From Octopus vulgaris (lineage: Eukaryota), in assembly GCA_951406725.2 (NCBI GenBank), contig OX597817.1, positions 34,844,001-34,908,000 on the forward strand: DNA of 64,000 nucleotides, read 5' to 3'. Made by a program: the position numbers and the translations under genes. A model generated the notes under the pieces. That model made no database searches. It was not told where the DNA came from and saw only the letters and a list, made by a program, of their open reading frames with translations. This document shows positions 1 through 12,789 of this stretch, one piece after another (positions within the stretch are counted from its first letter, which is position 1; each line of letters starts with the position of its first letter).

Positions 1-10
1 ACACACACAC

Positions 11-59
<49 letters not shown>

Positions 60-63
<4 letters not shown>

Positions 64-1245
64 TTAAAAAAAGAAAATACGCACACTTACATAGTTTTAA
101 TATAATTTTTAATATATCGACCGGTTTCGCTATCGCTATTCATGATATTATGTTTTACTTATTTGAATATGTATTTTTCCTTAAGAAATTTTGTCCATGT
201 TGTGTGTGATGAAATTCACGAGTGAATGACTTCACAAGTAGATAAATAAAGAGGGGTAATTGGTTATCGTTATTATTTTTATTGTTGTGGATAAGGGAGA
301 TAACTGTTCAGCTTTCGGTTATGGGAGGGGAATATATATGTACAGACAAAGACAAGTTTTGAAAACCTTGTTTAGTGAGAGGGTTTATGTACAGTGATGT
401 AATCATGAATTGAAATATGTAAAAGGATAAAAGTTGGTTATGCGTGCATATTAAGATGTGTTCTATATTTTTCAATGAAAAAAGTTTCTTTATTTAAACG
501 TTCTTGTGGAGAGATTGTGTCTTTGCACTGGTAGAAGGGGAAGACTGTGAAATTTGGTTTGATGTTATCTGCACATTTTTCTATATGTTCACTGAGAGGA
601 ATTTACCTGTATTGTAGGAAACAGATTTGCTCTTTATGTAGAGTGGTTCTCTTTCTCAAGGTCATACTCGTTTGTCCAATATAGTTGTGTCCGCAACCCG
701 AGCAGGTTATTATATAAATTAGGTTCTCGGAGGCATAAGTGAAACTAGTTTTAATTGTAAACCTCTGTCCTTCTTTGAAAAGGAAATCCGAGCCTTCAAG
801 TAGGTTGGGGCAGGTCCCACAGTTTGGGCGTCCACATTTTTCAACCGTTGGTTTCGAGGTTGTTTTGTAAAGCTTCGCATTTGTTAGTAGTCTCTTTAGC
901 GATTTGTCTTGTTTTTTGCATTTGATGAGTTTGTGTGTTTTCAGGATGTCGTTCATTTTTGGATCTCTAGTTAGTAAAGGAAGAGTTTGCACAATAGTGT
1001 TGAAAGCCTCACTGTTTCTGGGGTTGTGTGTTGATATAAATAGTAATGTTTTGAGTTGAGGTGTGGTGTTGTGTTTTGTTGTTTTTAGTGTTTTTGTGTC
1101 TAATTGTTTGGCACGTTTAATTCCCTCGTCGATGAGTGAGGGTGGATATTGTCTTTCAATAAGCGTTGTTTTGAGGTCTTCAAGACGAAGGTCCCGAGCT
1201 GTTCTATCAGACACTATTGTGCAAATCCTTTCTGCCACCCTCGAA
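60..1245 (-). mobile_element. 5'-truncated Penelope-like retroelement (Neptune-like): RT thumb, Cys linker, GIY-YIG endonuclease and 3' pLTR
   Basis: The ORF has KCGRPNCGTCP and NLIYIITCSGCGHNYIGQTSMTLRKRTTLHK (GIY-YIG). The frame continues past one premature TAA (603-605) as IPLSEHIEKC...ETFFIEKYRTHLNMHA* to 438. Confidence 0.92.
114..148 (-). ncRNA. Minimal type I hammerhead ribozyme motif with A3-U8 core variant
   Basis: Minus strand reads ATATC-ATGAATA-GC-GATA-GC-GAAAC-CG-GTC-GATAT: 5-bp stem I, 2-bp stem II, palindromic ACCGGT stem III and a GUC site, in the PLE 3' region. Confidence 0.7.
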
Positions 1246-1249
1246 ACTG

Positions 1250-3037
1250 TTACGTCCAGCAACACGTATTTTTTTTTATTTGTTTCTTTCGATCTAACTA
1301 TATTTTTCGTTTTCATGATAAACCCGTCCGTCTCTGTCTTAATTTTTATTTCCTCCAATGTGACAACGTTGCACAATATAATTTTTTATTTCCCTTTCGG
1401 CTCTTAACACCGCTATCACTATCTTCTACAAGCCATCTACATATCCCAATTTTTTTAGATGGCAAATACTCCATCTTGAAGTCATTATTCCTCAGCGCAT
1501 CAATCCGTTGGCTGTGTGTGTAGAAATACCCTTTCTTATCCAAAGTTTGACTATAATGGGCGATGGTCAGTCTACAAACGAAATTTCCTTCCATGTATAA
1601 ATTTATGGAATTTCTTTAACGCAAATACGATGGCTAATGCTTCCTTCTCTATTTGACAGTAAGTTCTCTCAGCCGGTAATAAGGAACGCTACCATCTTCA
1701 TATTTGTGTAAAATCACCGTTCCAGTACCACTTTCACTAGCGTCTGATACCGCTACTATTTCTAAATTTGGGTTAAAATGTGATAATGACAATTCCGACG
1801 TTATGATGTTTTGAATTTCTTCAAAAGCTTTTTGGCACTCGTCGGACCAGTTCCACTTATTCAGGGATGCTCTCAAACCATGCATATTCAGTATGTATAC
1901 CTGGTAGTAATTTGCAAGTCCTATAAATGCTTGTAACGTTGTAATGTTTGTCGGAGGAGGCATATTTTTTATTGCACTCGCCCATAATGGATCTAGTCTA
2001 TGTCCGTTTTCGTCGATAATCTGCCTTCGATATTTTATTCTTGCCATATTTTTTCGGAGATTTTTTTAACATGCTCAGCATGCTAACCACTAGTATGTCG
2101 TCAAGGTAAGCTATTGCTTACTTTTTCACATCCTTTGCTTAAATTTTCACATCCTTTGCTTAAATTTTCACATCCTTTGCTTAAAACCCCAGCATAGGTG
2201 ACGAAATCTTTATAATCTCTTTTTACCAAATTTAAATACTGCCAGCGAGTATTGAACAGGGAACTTCCTTCACTGAAAATTTTCGATAAAATGTCAATTG
2301 TTTCATAGAAACAAATCTCACCTGGTTTCTTCCGCAGAATATAATTGCAATATTTTTCATGTTCAGCATGAGATAACTTTCTTAAAAGTAGGTGCACTTT
2401 TTTTCTTGGCAGTTCAATTGCAACATTATTCTTTGAAGATTTCTTCGTAACTTCGAAAACATGCACAGAAAGCAGTACCTTCTTCTGGATTATAAACGAA
2501 CTCTCCAATCGAGTTCGTCACGACGTCCGGCATGAACAACTCTGAAGTACTTTCAGACTTCTTCAACTATTGCTGTTGCTGTTGTTGCTGTTGTTACTGC
2601 TTCTGTTGCTGCTGCAACCATGCGGGTTAACAAATCTTCCATGTTAACTATTATTTTTCTTTGGATTCGTACCAAAAAATTCGAACGTCTGACGCAAGCT
2701 TTGAATATCTTGTCACCACTTTTATATCCTAAGTGGCGGTTATATGATTTTAACGAAGCGGGGTAAAACATGGTATTCACAGGCGTAACTTCCAGTTACC
2801 AACACGCGAAACCCCCAACGCCTTCTTTATTTCATATAATTTGCCACAAGGGCATCACACAGATGAAAGCTTTGCTGGTTTGACACGGACATTAATGGGA
2901 TGGATGATAACGATGCAAAAATGATGATGATCCCCCAACGCCTTCTTGTTGTCTCAACGAGACACGCCACTCTTTATAAGAGTTCGACGAGTCCATCTTT
3001 TAATAAGACAGGGGTGTTAATGTCTATCACCATAACA
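1250..3037 (-). mobile_element. Decayed, internally deleted Gypsy (Mag/K02A2.6-like) LTR retrotransposon
   Basis: gag LLLRKLSHAEHEKYCNYIL...SSLFNTRWQ (2101-2508); RT connection/RNase H MPPPTNITTLQAFIGLANYY and VSDASESGTGTVILH; EKEALAIVFALKKFH...LQTDHRPL in another frame near 1555-1650. Confidence 0.9.
2711..3037 (-). repeat. 5' LTR plus primer-binding site of the Gypsy element
   Basis: Minus strand starts TGTTATGG at 3037; TGGTGACAAG (PBS-like) follows near 2709-2718, upstream of gag. Confidence 0.6.
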
Positions 3038-3039
3038 AT

Positions 3040-3228
3040 GTAATATAAATAAATATACACATAAATATACATATAAATAGATAGTATAAATAAATGTGCG
3101 TATATATATATATATATTTGGATAGATAGATAGATGGAAAAAACTAAATAACTAAATATATATATATATATGTAAGTATATATGAATGTATATATGTATA
3201 TATATATGCATGTATATTTATATATACA

Positions 3229-3275
<47 letters not shown>

Positions 3276-3291
3276 AAGTGTATTTATGTGT

Positions 3292-3335
<44 letters not shown>

Positions 3336-4184
3336 ATAATTTCATTGTATTTTATATATATACAAGGGTCACTGAGCACTGAGATAACATGCTTGGTTTT
3401 CTGAGATATAAAGACTTACGAAGAAATTCTGTGGGCAGTTAACTGTAGAATGTAGGTCTTTAGTTAATAGCTCCATGTTAGAAATCTTCTATTTAAAGAA
3501 ACCTCATTACTTTTGAATAATAAAGCCGAAACGTTTGATCATAAGTTCCATTAGAAGTTAGCTTCAGATCGAGTGCAAAGTAAGCAATTTTCATGTTTGA
3601 CTCTAATCGGTGAATAGGGCCTCTTGTAGAGCGGTCCTGTGAAGAAACTCTCCACTTAATATAATAATTATTATTATGCAGTGTGTGCAATATCTCCTAC
3701 ATTTGTGCGTGCGTGTGCGTGTGTGCGTTTGTAAGTATATATATATGTATATGCACATATATGTGTATGCATGTATATGCACATATATATGTATATGTAT
3801 ATATGTGTACGCATATATATGCATATATATATGTGTGTGTGTGTATGCATTTATATAAATTATATATATGCATACACACATACACACACACACACACACA
3901 TATATATATGTGTGTGTGTGCGTGTCTATGTGTGTATTTATGTATGTATATATTTGTGTGTGAGTGTATGTATTTATGTATGTATATGTTTGTGTGTGAG
4001 TGTATGTATTTATGTATGTATATGTTTGTGTGTCTGTGTTTGTCCCCCACTATCGCTTGATAACCGATTTTGGTGTGTTTGTGTCCCCGTAACTTAGTGG
4101 ATCAGTAAGTGAGACCGATAGAATAAATACTATGCTTACAAAGAATAAGTCAGACACGCAAATATGTGTGTGCATAATATGTAA

Positions 4185-4237
<53 letters not shown>

Positions 4238-4238
4238 A

Positions 4239-4285
<47 letters not shown>

Positions 4286-4420
4286 CATATACATATTATA
4301 TATATACACACACACATATACATATACATATCTATATACACATATACACACATATGTATATATATATATATATATGCACACACAGACATGTACATGTGTG
4401 TGTGTGTGTGTGTGTGTGTA
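3040..4420. repeat. Compound (TA)n/(TG)n/(CA)n microsatellite tracts with an embedded family-C SINE 3' fragment (~4020-4152)
   Basis: Dinucleotide runs seen directly, with a non-repetitive gap near 3360-3700; the fragment matches family C (ccccgtaacttag...gaccgatagaataa). Confidence 0.9.
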
Positions 4421-5399
4421 ATATTGCATTTGAAGCGAGAAATCTTAATTATATTTTTACACTGAACATGACTGAAAAAATTATCACGTTACACAGACTG
4501 AACTCACCAACATTTGCACTCAGTCTCAACGTAGCAAACATATTAAACTTGCGATGTGATTATATAAATACTCTGCGAAACCCTAATATCAAAAGCGAAA
4601 AGAAAACTTCGGTTTTACATTTATCAGTGCAGATAAAATTCATAATAGTAGAAACAAAAATAAAATTTGAATAAACATAGTGAGAGATGGTGTCCAGCTG
4701 TGTTGCGTGTTGAATATTTCAGATGGTTGTTATCAAAATATCTTTCAGATCCCTTTAAATTCTATGGTCTTTTCTTCGCAGACAATTTCTTTGAGGTATC
4801 TCTTTAGAAAATCGGAGAGAAGCTCAAGGCATTTTGGAAATAGTCATTAGAGCAAAAATGGAAAAAGAAATAGCATGGCTCCATCTGGGCAGATCATTTT
4901 TTATCGTTCCTTTTATTTATGTTTTCCTCTGTTTATTTATTTATCTATTTTCTTTTCTCTTTATGCATTAGTCTATATATTTCACTCCTGAAAAGAAGTC
5001 GTTTATATGAAAAAAAAAAAAAATGGCGTACGTGATTGATATAACTGTAATAGATATGATATAAGTCTATTCAGATCTTTACAGATGGTCTATAGGGAGA
5101 ATTGCACTGAGCAACTTCTGCTGCCACTCCTGTATTATAAACATTGAATAAACTGTCGCTTGTTAGATTGTTCTGTATGGCATCGCCAAGTAGTTCTCAT
5201 CCATAATTGATACTGAATAAATTATCACAGGGAGACGCTGTGCTGAATTGGCTCCTACTTACGTTTTGCCAACATTATGGCTTCGGAAGACACGGTCATA
5301 GTTTTCATTTACAGCAAATTCAAAATTAAATCAAATAGATCCTTCGTCAGTTTCATTCGTTTGAGACAAAACGACGGTGAAGACTCCACCGTTGGTTTG

Positions 5400-5612
5400 T
5401 GTAGCTGGCAGATTCGTTGACACGCCCGACATAATGCTTAGCGGCATTTACGTTATGTCTTTACGTTCTGAATTCAAATTCCGCCGAGGTCGACTTTGCC
5501 GTTCATCCTTTCGGAGTCGATAAAATAAGTACCAGTAGACTACTGGGGTCGATGTAATCGACAAGCCCCCTCCCCCAAAATTTCAGGCTTTGTGCCTATA
5601 GAAGAAAGGCTT
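5400..5612 (+). mobile_element. SINE family D (tRNA-like head, Meta/MESC-like core), monomer
   Basis: gctggcaga...ttcaaattccgccgaggtcgactttgcc...gataaaataagtaccag, shared with many copies in the window. Confidence 0.85.
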
Positions 5613-6819
5613 ATTTAACCCTAGGTCATCCTTACAATGATTAAAACATTTCGGGCATGATCACATCTTTATTTTATTTTTGTGTGTGTCTGTGTGTGTG
5701 TATGCTTGTGAAATACATTATTTAACGTGTCGATTTGTTTAAGATGCTCACGTGTGGATTACGAAAAATTGGTTGCTATTTGTTGTAACTGTAACTCTAA
5801 TTGCAATTTAGGCCTTGAGTACTTGACAAATAAAATATAATCCACTAGATTCCTGCGAAAAAGAAAAGAACCCGTAACTCGTTTTACCCGGAGAAGAGTT
5901 ATATAAGAGATGCAGCACGGATTTTTGTCAGTGAACAGGTCGCGGATTTTAGCGACGAAAATATTTTGACAAATTAAACTTAAATGCTGAAGTGAATCGA
6001 ACGGCTTTTGTGTGTTTCTTAAATGGCTTACAAACACCTTCCACGCTGCAATTGTTTTCGTTTCAGCACACGGTCTCAGATCAAATTACTTGCTATGCGA
6101 GTACATCTCCGTAAAGTTATATAATAAAATCAGCAAAAAAAAAAAAACTGTGCGTTAGACAAAAACCCGAGCAAGAACGTACACATGGAAGAGAAACTGA
6201 CTTCCAGGGACGCGATGGGTTGAACACCATGGTCATATGCTTGAAAATTATTGGTCGACTTATCCCTAGCGCTATTACAACTGGTTGGGCAGCCATATAA
6301 ACTCTCTTTCATGCACTCTACATATGCGGTATATGTTGATTAAATAATGAACTATTTATTAGAACATTTTAAATTTCAAATACAGTTGAGTCTTGCCCTA
6401 AGACAAATATCTTATTCACACCGTCCCACCACCCCTGTCTCTTCGTGTCATAAAACCATAAAACAGCAGGAGACTGACTGGAACTTGAAACCGGAATATT
6501 GTTGTTGCAACAATAACAGATGTTTAATAATTACAAACTTACTACAATAATTTTTTCACTCCTGTGATGGCCTTGTAGATAGTCATATGTTACCCAAGGG
6601 AAAAAGTCTGCTGCAACGTTTACCGAACTGTGAATATATATGACGGGTGCTAAAATTAATGCATGTATGTATAAGAATTTATATGAGATATTGAATGCGT
6701 GTATAATGTGTCTGTGTTAGATTGGCAAATATTGCGGTAAATGAGTGTTATCATAACAGGTCAGAGGGACAGTAAAACAAGAGTTGAGAAAATAATAAAT
6801 GAGACGAGAGAGAGAGAGA

Positions 6820-6852
<33 letters not shown>

Positions 6853-6861
6853 TGCGCGCGC

Positions 6862-6894
<33 letters not shown>

Positions 6895-7147
6895 CGTGTG
6901 TGTGTGTGTGCGCGTGCGTACGCTCGCGTGATTGTCTTTAGAATTGCAATTTCGACTTTCTGCTCTTCTGAAACCCCTAAGACAATAATAAAATGTAAAT
7001 AAAAGAGACACCCTAAATACATATAAACACACTAATGTGTAAACATATTACAAGATTACATAACAGTATAAACTTTTTGCAAACAAAATATGTGCACATA
7101 CACACAGATGTTCGTATATACATGAAGAGACAATATGTATATATGTA

Positions 7148-7655
7148 TGTGGCTAACTCTATGGCTGAGGGCATGTTCGAGAGAGCAACCACAAAAAATT
7201 GGGGTCCCAGCACTGTTCCCTGGGGGACTCCACTGAGGGTTGGTTTCGCTTCAGAGAGAGCATCATTTGCTGTGACAGCCTGACTTCTGCTCGTCAAGAA
7301 ATCATGCAGCCACTTTCCCAGTCTACCAGCAATACTGAGGTCATGCAATTTGTGACATATCATCCCACGATCGACTTTGTCAAAGTCCTTGGCAAAGTCG
7401 GATAAATCACATCTACATTTGAATGGTTGAGCTGTTGTTTTAGTACCCAGTGCTGTAGTAGCTGTGTTAGGCAGCTCCTTTCAGGACGAAAACTATGTTG
7501 CGTGTATGTAAGCAAGTCATTTTCCTCTGGGAACGTGGTCAGTCTTTTTCTGACAATGCGTTCCATAATCTTGCTGACATGTGAGGTCAGAGAGACAGGC
7601 CTGTAGTTTATAGCGTCTGCTCTGCTTCCTCCTTTGTGGACAGGGCAGATCATTC
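7148..7655 (-). mobile_element. CR1/Jockey-group LINE reverse transcriptase fragment (frameshifted)
   Basis: ICPVHKGGSRADAINYRPVSLTSHVSKIMERIV, QHSFRPERSCLTQLL, SGVPQGTVLGP. Confidence 0.9.
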
Positions 7656-7697
7656 CTTTTATTCGTTCTATTAACGTTTATATATTGACACACACGC

Positions 7698-7802
<105 letters not shown>

Positions 7803-7842
7803 GACAGACAGACAGACAGACAGAATATGCATACGTATATAT

Positions 7843-8059
7843 ATTCTTTTACTCGTTTATTTGTTTCAGTCATTTGACTGCAGCCATGCTGGATCACTAC
7901 CTTTAGTTGAACAAATCGACCCCAGGACTTATTTTGTAAGCCTAGTACTTATCCTATCGGTCTCTTTTGCCGAACCGCTAGCTTTCGGGGAAATAAGCAC
8001 ACCAACATCGGTTGTCAAGTGATGATGGGGGGGATAAACACACACACACGAACATACAC

Positions 8060-8148
<89 letters not shown>

Positions 8149-8305
8149 GACGAGATTCTTTCAGTTTCTGTCTACCAAATCCACTCACAAGGCTTTCGTC
8201 GGCTGCTATAGCAGAAGACACTTGCCCAAGGTGCCACGCAGCGGGACTGAACCTGAAACCATGTAGATGGTAAGCAAGCTACTTCCGCACAGTCTTGCCC
8301 GCGCC
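7843..8305 (-). mobile_element. SINE family C (CORE-like ccttgggcaag, internal TA/TG microsatellite)
   Basis: Near full-length match to the copies at 14268, 31490 and 54726. Confidence 0.9.
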
Positions 8306-8793
8306 TTGCTCTCTCGTTGCTCGCACGTGACCATCGGCCATCTTTTCTTTCTTTCCTTCCGATCAACCTCAGGCTTGTTCCTCCGAGTTCGCCAACCCAT
8401 CTCGCTGAGGGTTAGCAGGCCGTCGTGTTTTGTTTTCACTATCCTGTTTTTGTTACCAGCTTTGACTCTCCACAAATCCCAAATACAATTTAATTTGCTT
8501 TTCCGGGAGGAACTGTTTTGTCGAAGACGTATCTTGTGAATTGCTCGAAATACGGAGTAGAAAAACAGCCGACAACTGATGAAGAGTCGTTTTTTTATGT
8601 TGCTTGTCTTGTTTTCCGTTTGTTTCTTTCGTTGTTCGCAAAAAAAAAAGTTCGTATTCCATTTTTTCGTATTTCTTGTTGTTTTCGTATTTCATGTTGT
8701 TTACGTACTGTGATGTCTTGTGCTCATATAGGTATATGTATATACATGTATATGTAAGTATGTACATATATGTATGTATATATGCATATATAT

Positions 8794-8850
<57 letters not shown>

Positions 8851-9734
8851 CGTATATATGTATATACGCATATATATATATATACATGTATATATATATA
8901 TATATACGCTCGCGCGCATACACCCGCACACACTCACACTCACACACGCACACACACACACGTATTTTAGTGAAAGAGAAAGAGAGACAGAAAGCGAGAG
9001 GCTCGGCAGAGAATCGAGAGTTTTATTTGTTTTTAATGTTTTAAAAACTATAAATGCAACCTATTAGTACTAACAGAATCATAAACAGAATCATTTTCAA
9101 AGCCATTTTTCATAGTAAATGAATTTAACGGTCCTTTTAAAAGTGTTCGCTTTTATTTTAACCATATGTAGTATGAATATCTATCTATTTTCATATTAAT
9201 CATAAGTGTAATTAGAGAGTTATTGAGTTTGTAATCCGTATATGTGTTTATTTTATTTATATAAACGGAGTTGAGTTACTTGCAGATGGCTGTTATGTTT
9301 TTCGCTCTATTTATGTTAAGGAACTTTCAAGTAGTGTGCTAAATGGCATCTAGAGAGTTTGTTGATGATTTTGCGAAAGACATGATTGTCCCAATCTTAT
9401 TTTACGTCCCCACCTTCTAACGATGTGTCCATGACCCACTTTCAGGATTGTAGGCAATTCTAGAGCGTTACTCTTGAGAAAACGATAAATGTATTGCATT
9501 AATGTAATTTATTATTGCTCCTCCTTTAGATATTAATATTATGTCTATTAAATGGCAATGAATAAATTTTTGCAATAAATATCATATATACTTTTCTAGG
9601 CAGTCTACTGCCGGTATATGTTGACCAGAGAGGACACGAAATGTTGACATTAATCGAAGTGTTTGTATTCTACAAGCGTAAACTGCCAATAACATCTATA
9701 CATTAACTCTGTTGATGTTTACAAATTCATGGTT

Positions 9735-9943
9735 TCAAATTTTTGTACAAGGTCAGCAAATTCGGGGAAGGGTTAAGTTGATTACATCGATCCCAATCTT
9801 CAACTGGTACTTATTTTATCAATTCCGAAAGGGGTGAAAGGCAAGTCGACATCGGCGGAATTTGAACTCAGTACGTAAAGACGGGTGAAATGACGCTAAG
9901 CATTTCGCCCGGCGAGCTAACAATTCTGCCAGCTCACCGCCTT
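9735..9943 (-). mobile_element. SINE family D
   Basis: ggcggaatttgaactcag...ctgccagctcaccgcc. Confidence 0.85.
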
Positions 9944-10195
9944 AATGTCTACAAATTAACGAAAGCGCATTAGATATAGATGGTGACCATATGGGCCACA
10001 AACCTAGACTTTTAATTAATTCAGCACAATCCGAAGGTGTCAGCCATGACGTGTGGAGTACATAAGTACAGTCTCTAGTCAAAGGGTCCGCTACTCGATT
10101 TCCATGACGTGTGGGTGGATCGAGAAGACAACATTCCCTCTGAACGGGACACCAGTCCATCACAGGATTACTCATTCACAGCTGAGTGGACTGGA

Positions 10196-10495
10196 GTGGA
10201 GGCACATGGCCTAGTGGTTAGAACAGCGGACTCGCGGTTGAGGGATCGCGGGTTCGAATCTCAGACCGGGCGATGTGTGTGTTTATGAGCGAAACACCTA
10301 AGCTCACGCGGCTCCGGCAGAAGGTAATGGCGAACTTCTTCTTCTGACTCTTTCGCCACAACTTTCTCTCACCCTTCCCTCCTGCATCTTGCAGCTCACC
10401 TGCGACGGACCGGCGTCCCGTCCAAGTGGGGAACTTATACGCCAAGGAAACCGGGAAACCTGCCCTTATGAGCCAGGCGTGGCTCGAGAAGGAAG
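10196..10495 (+). mobile_element. tRNA-Arg-like-head SINE nested in an older minus-strand SINE (~10110-10590)
   Basis: Head tggcctagtggttagaacagcggactcgcgg...ggttcgaatc; TSD GAGTGGA(C/T)TGGA at 10184-10195 and 10496-10507. Confidence 0.85.
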
Positions 10496-11352
10496 GAGTG
10501 GATTGGAGCAACATGAAACGAAGTGTTTTGCTCAAGAACACAACGTAGCGCCCGGTCCGGAAATCAAAACCACAATCTTGCGAGCATCACCCGAACCACC
10601 AAGCTTCACGATTCGCTGAGTAAGTGAACATTAAAGTAATTCTCTTGGGTTAATTAAAAAGTCAGAAAATGCAAACATAAACCAGTTTACACAATATTTG
10701 AAAAGGCCCGGAAATGAACTAAAATCAATGCTGCTCTAATAATGTTTGTTTCAATAGAGCTTAAAATAAAATGAATGAAACCTTTTAGGTATTTCTATTT
10801 ATGATCTGTTTGTTGTTGTTTATTGTGGTGGGGTGTGCTATTGTCGTACTAGTGTATACTAGTTTTGGTGGTGGTCGTAGTAGTATTGGTAGTTATCTTT
10901 AGGTTAGCCTTGATCAAACAAACCTATGCTCAAAGACGTTTCAGTCATGAGCATCTTGTTTTCTCTTTTTTTTTCTCTCATATCAGGGAGTGTGACCCTC
11001 ATATACTGTCCAGTGTGACCCTTCTTCTTCCTAACTGAAGGGTTTTGCAATTTAAGTGAAGTTTGACAGCTATTTTTAGAAGGTTTAGCGACCGTATATA
11101 TGTTACTGCTTTTGTGATGAAGAGGAAGATTTGAGTTTCGAACTGCCTTCGCTCATTTTGATGACCGATTGCCATTTCTTGAAATGCAAATGATCGTTTA
11201 TTCCCACATCTACTAATAAATATTGTTCCGAAACGAACAATGGCTTATACATGTTAATTAAATGAGCTTTCATTTGCTTGAATTACTAAAAAGACAGCCA
11301 ACTTTCCTCAAATTATCCTCAATCGTCTAAAGAAAACTACAAATTATTGAAT

Positions 11353-11738
11353 GGATGGAAGCACTCCGTCGGTTACGACGACGAGGGTTCCGGTTGATCC
11401 GAATCAACGGAACAGCCTGCTCGTGAAATTAACGTGTAACTGGCTGAGCACTCCAGACACGTGTACCCTTAACGTAGTTCTCGGGGATATTCAGCGTGAC
11501 ACAGAGAGTGACAAGGCCGGCCCCTTGAAATACAGGTACAACAGAAACAGGAAGTAAGAGTGAGAGAAAGTTGTGGTGAAAGAGTACAGCCGGGATCACT
11601 ACCATCCCCTGCCGGAGCCTCGTGGAGCTTTAGGTGTTTTCGCTCAATAAACACTCACAACGCCCGGTCTGGGAATCGAAACCGCAATCCTATGACCGCG
11701 AGTCCGCTGCCCTAACCACCGGGCCATTGCGCCTCCAC
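11353..11738 (-). mobile_element. SINE family A (tRNA-Arg-like head), full length
   Basis: A/B-box-like head with CTCGC anticodon loop; TSD AAATTATTGAAT on both sides. Confidence 0.92.
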
Positions 11739-12253
11739 AAATTATTGAATAATGCGGTCCTAAATACACTACGTTTTTTTTTTTAAATGAGATGGCTATG
11801 GCTGGATCGTCTTTTAATCATAGATCTTCTCGATTAAAGCTGAAGCGAGCCCAAGCATTGTCTAGATGTACTATATGGTTTAGCTACCGATAGGGTTTTT
11901 TTTCCAAACCATTTAGCCTTTGGTTGGATTTCAAGCTAAAATTTGAGTGACAGCAACAAATATTTTACTAAATTTACCCCGATGTGTCGATGTGTGTGTG
12001 TGCGCGCGCGCGCATTTCATACTAATACATTTCTGGTGAATTAGTATCAAAGATTTAGTTATTAGACTCAAAGAAATCAACCAACTGATTCGCACATTAT
12101 AAATACAATCTGTAAGCAGAACAGCAGAACTATGCAAGACTTTTCTCAGGTTTTCGTCATCTACATTATTAATAAAACAGAAGAATCATCAAGCTAACTT
12201 TCCCCTCTAAAGAAATGTAATCGAGATTCCATTATGATAGGATATACATTCTA

Positions 12254-12397
12254 TGGTTAGAAGCTTCCTTCGTAACCGCATGGTTCCGGGTTCAGTCCCA
12301 CTGTGAGACACCTTGGGCAAGTGTCATCTACTATAGCCTCGGACCGACCAAAATCTTGTGAATGAATTTGATAGACGGAAACTGAAAGAAGCCCGTC

Positions 12398-12433
<36 letters not shown>

Positions 12434-12689
12434 ATGTATGCATCTATGTATCTATGTGTGTGTGTGTGTCTTTGTATCTATCTGTGTTTGTATCCCATCA
12501 CCGCTTGACAGCCGGTGTTGGTGTGTTTACATCCCCGTGACTTCGGCAAAAGAGACCGATAGAATAAGTACTAGGTTTAAGAAATAAGTCCTGGGTTCGA
12601 TTTGTTTGACTAAAACCTTCGAGGCAGTGCTCCAGCATGGGCGCAGTCAAATGACTGGAAAAAGTAAAAGAATAGAAAAATAAAAGAAT
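12254..12689 (+). mobile_element. SINE family C
   Basis: Family body and aaaagaat tail. Confidence 0.88.
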
Positions 12690-12724
12690 ATGTGTGTGTG
12701 TGTGTCTGTTTGTATGTCTATGTG

Positions 12725-12768
<44 letters not shown>

Positions 12769-12789
12769 TGTGTGCGTGCGTGTGTGTGT

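Noticed and set aside
3182-4674. Many ORFs rich in YI, CV or HT (also near 8.5, 23.4, 25.2, 47.2 and 48.1 kb)
   Set aside because: These are translations of stop-free dinucleotide and tetranucleotide microsatellites.
5255-5355. Hammerhead-like remnants on the minus strand (also 8500-8590 on the plus strand)
   Set aside because: Core nucleotides are missing or not linked to a GAAA; too degenerate to call.
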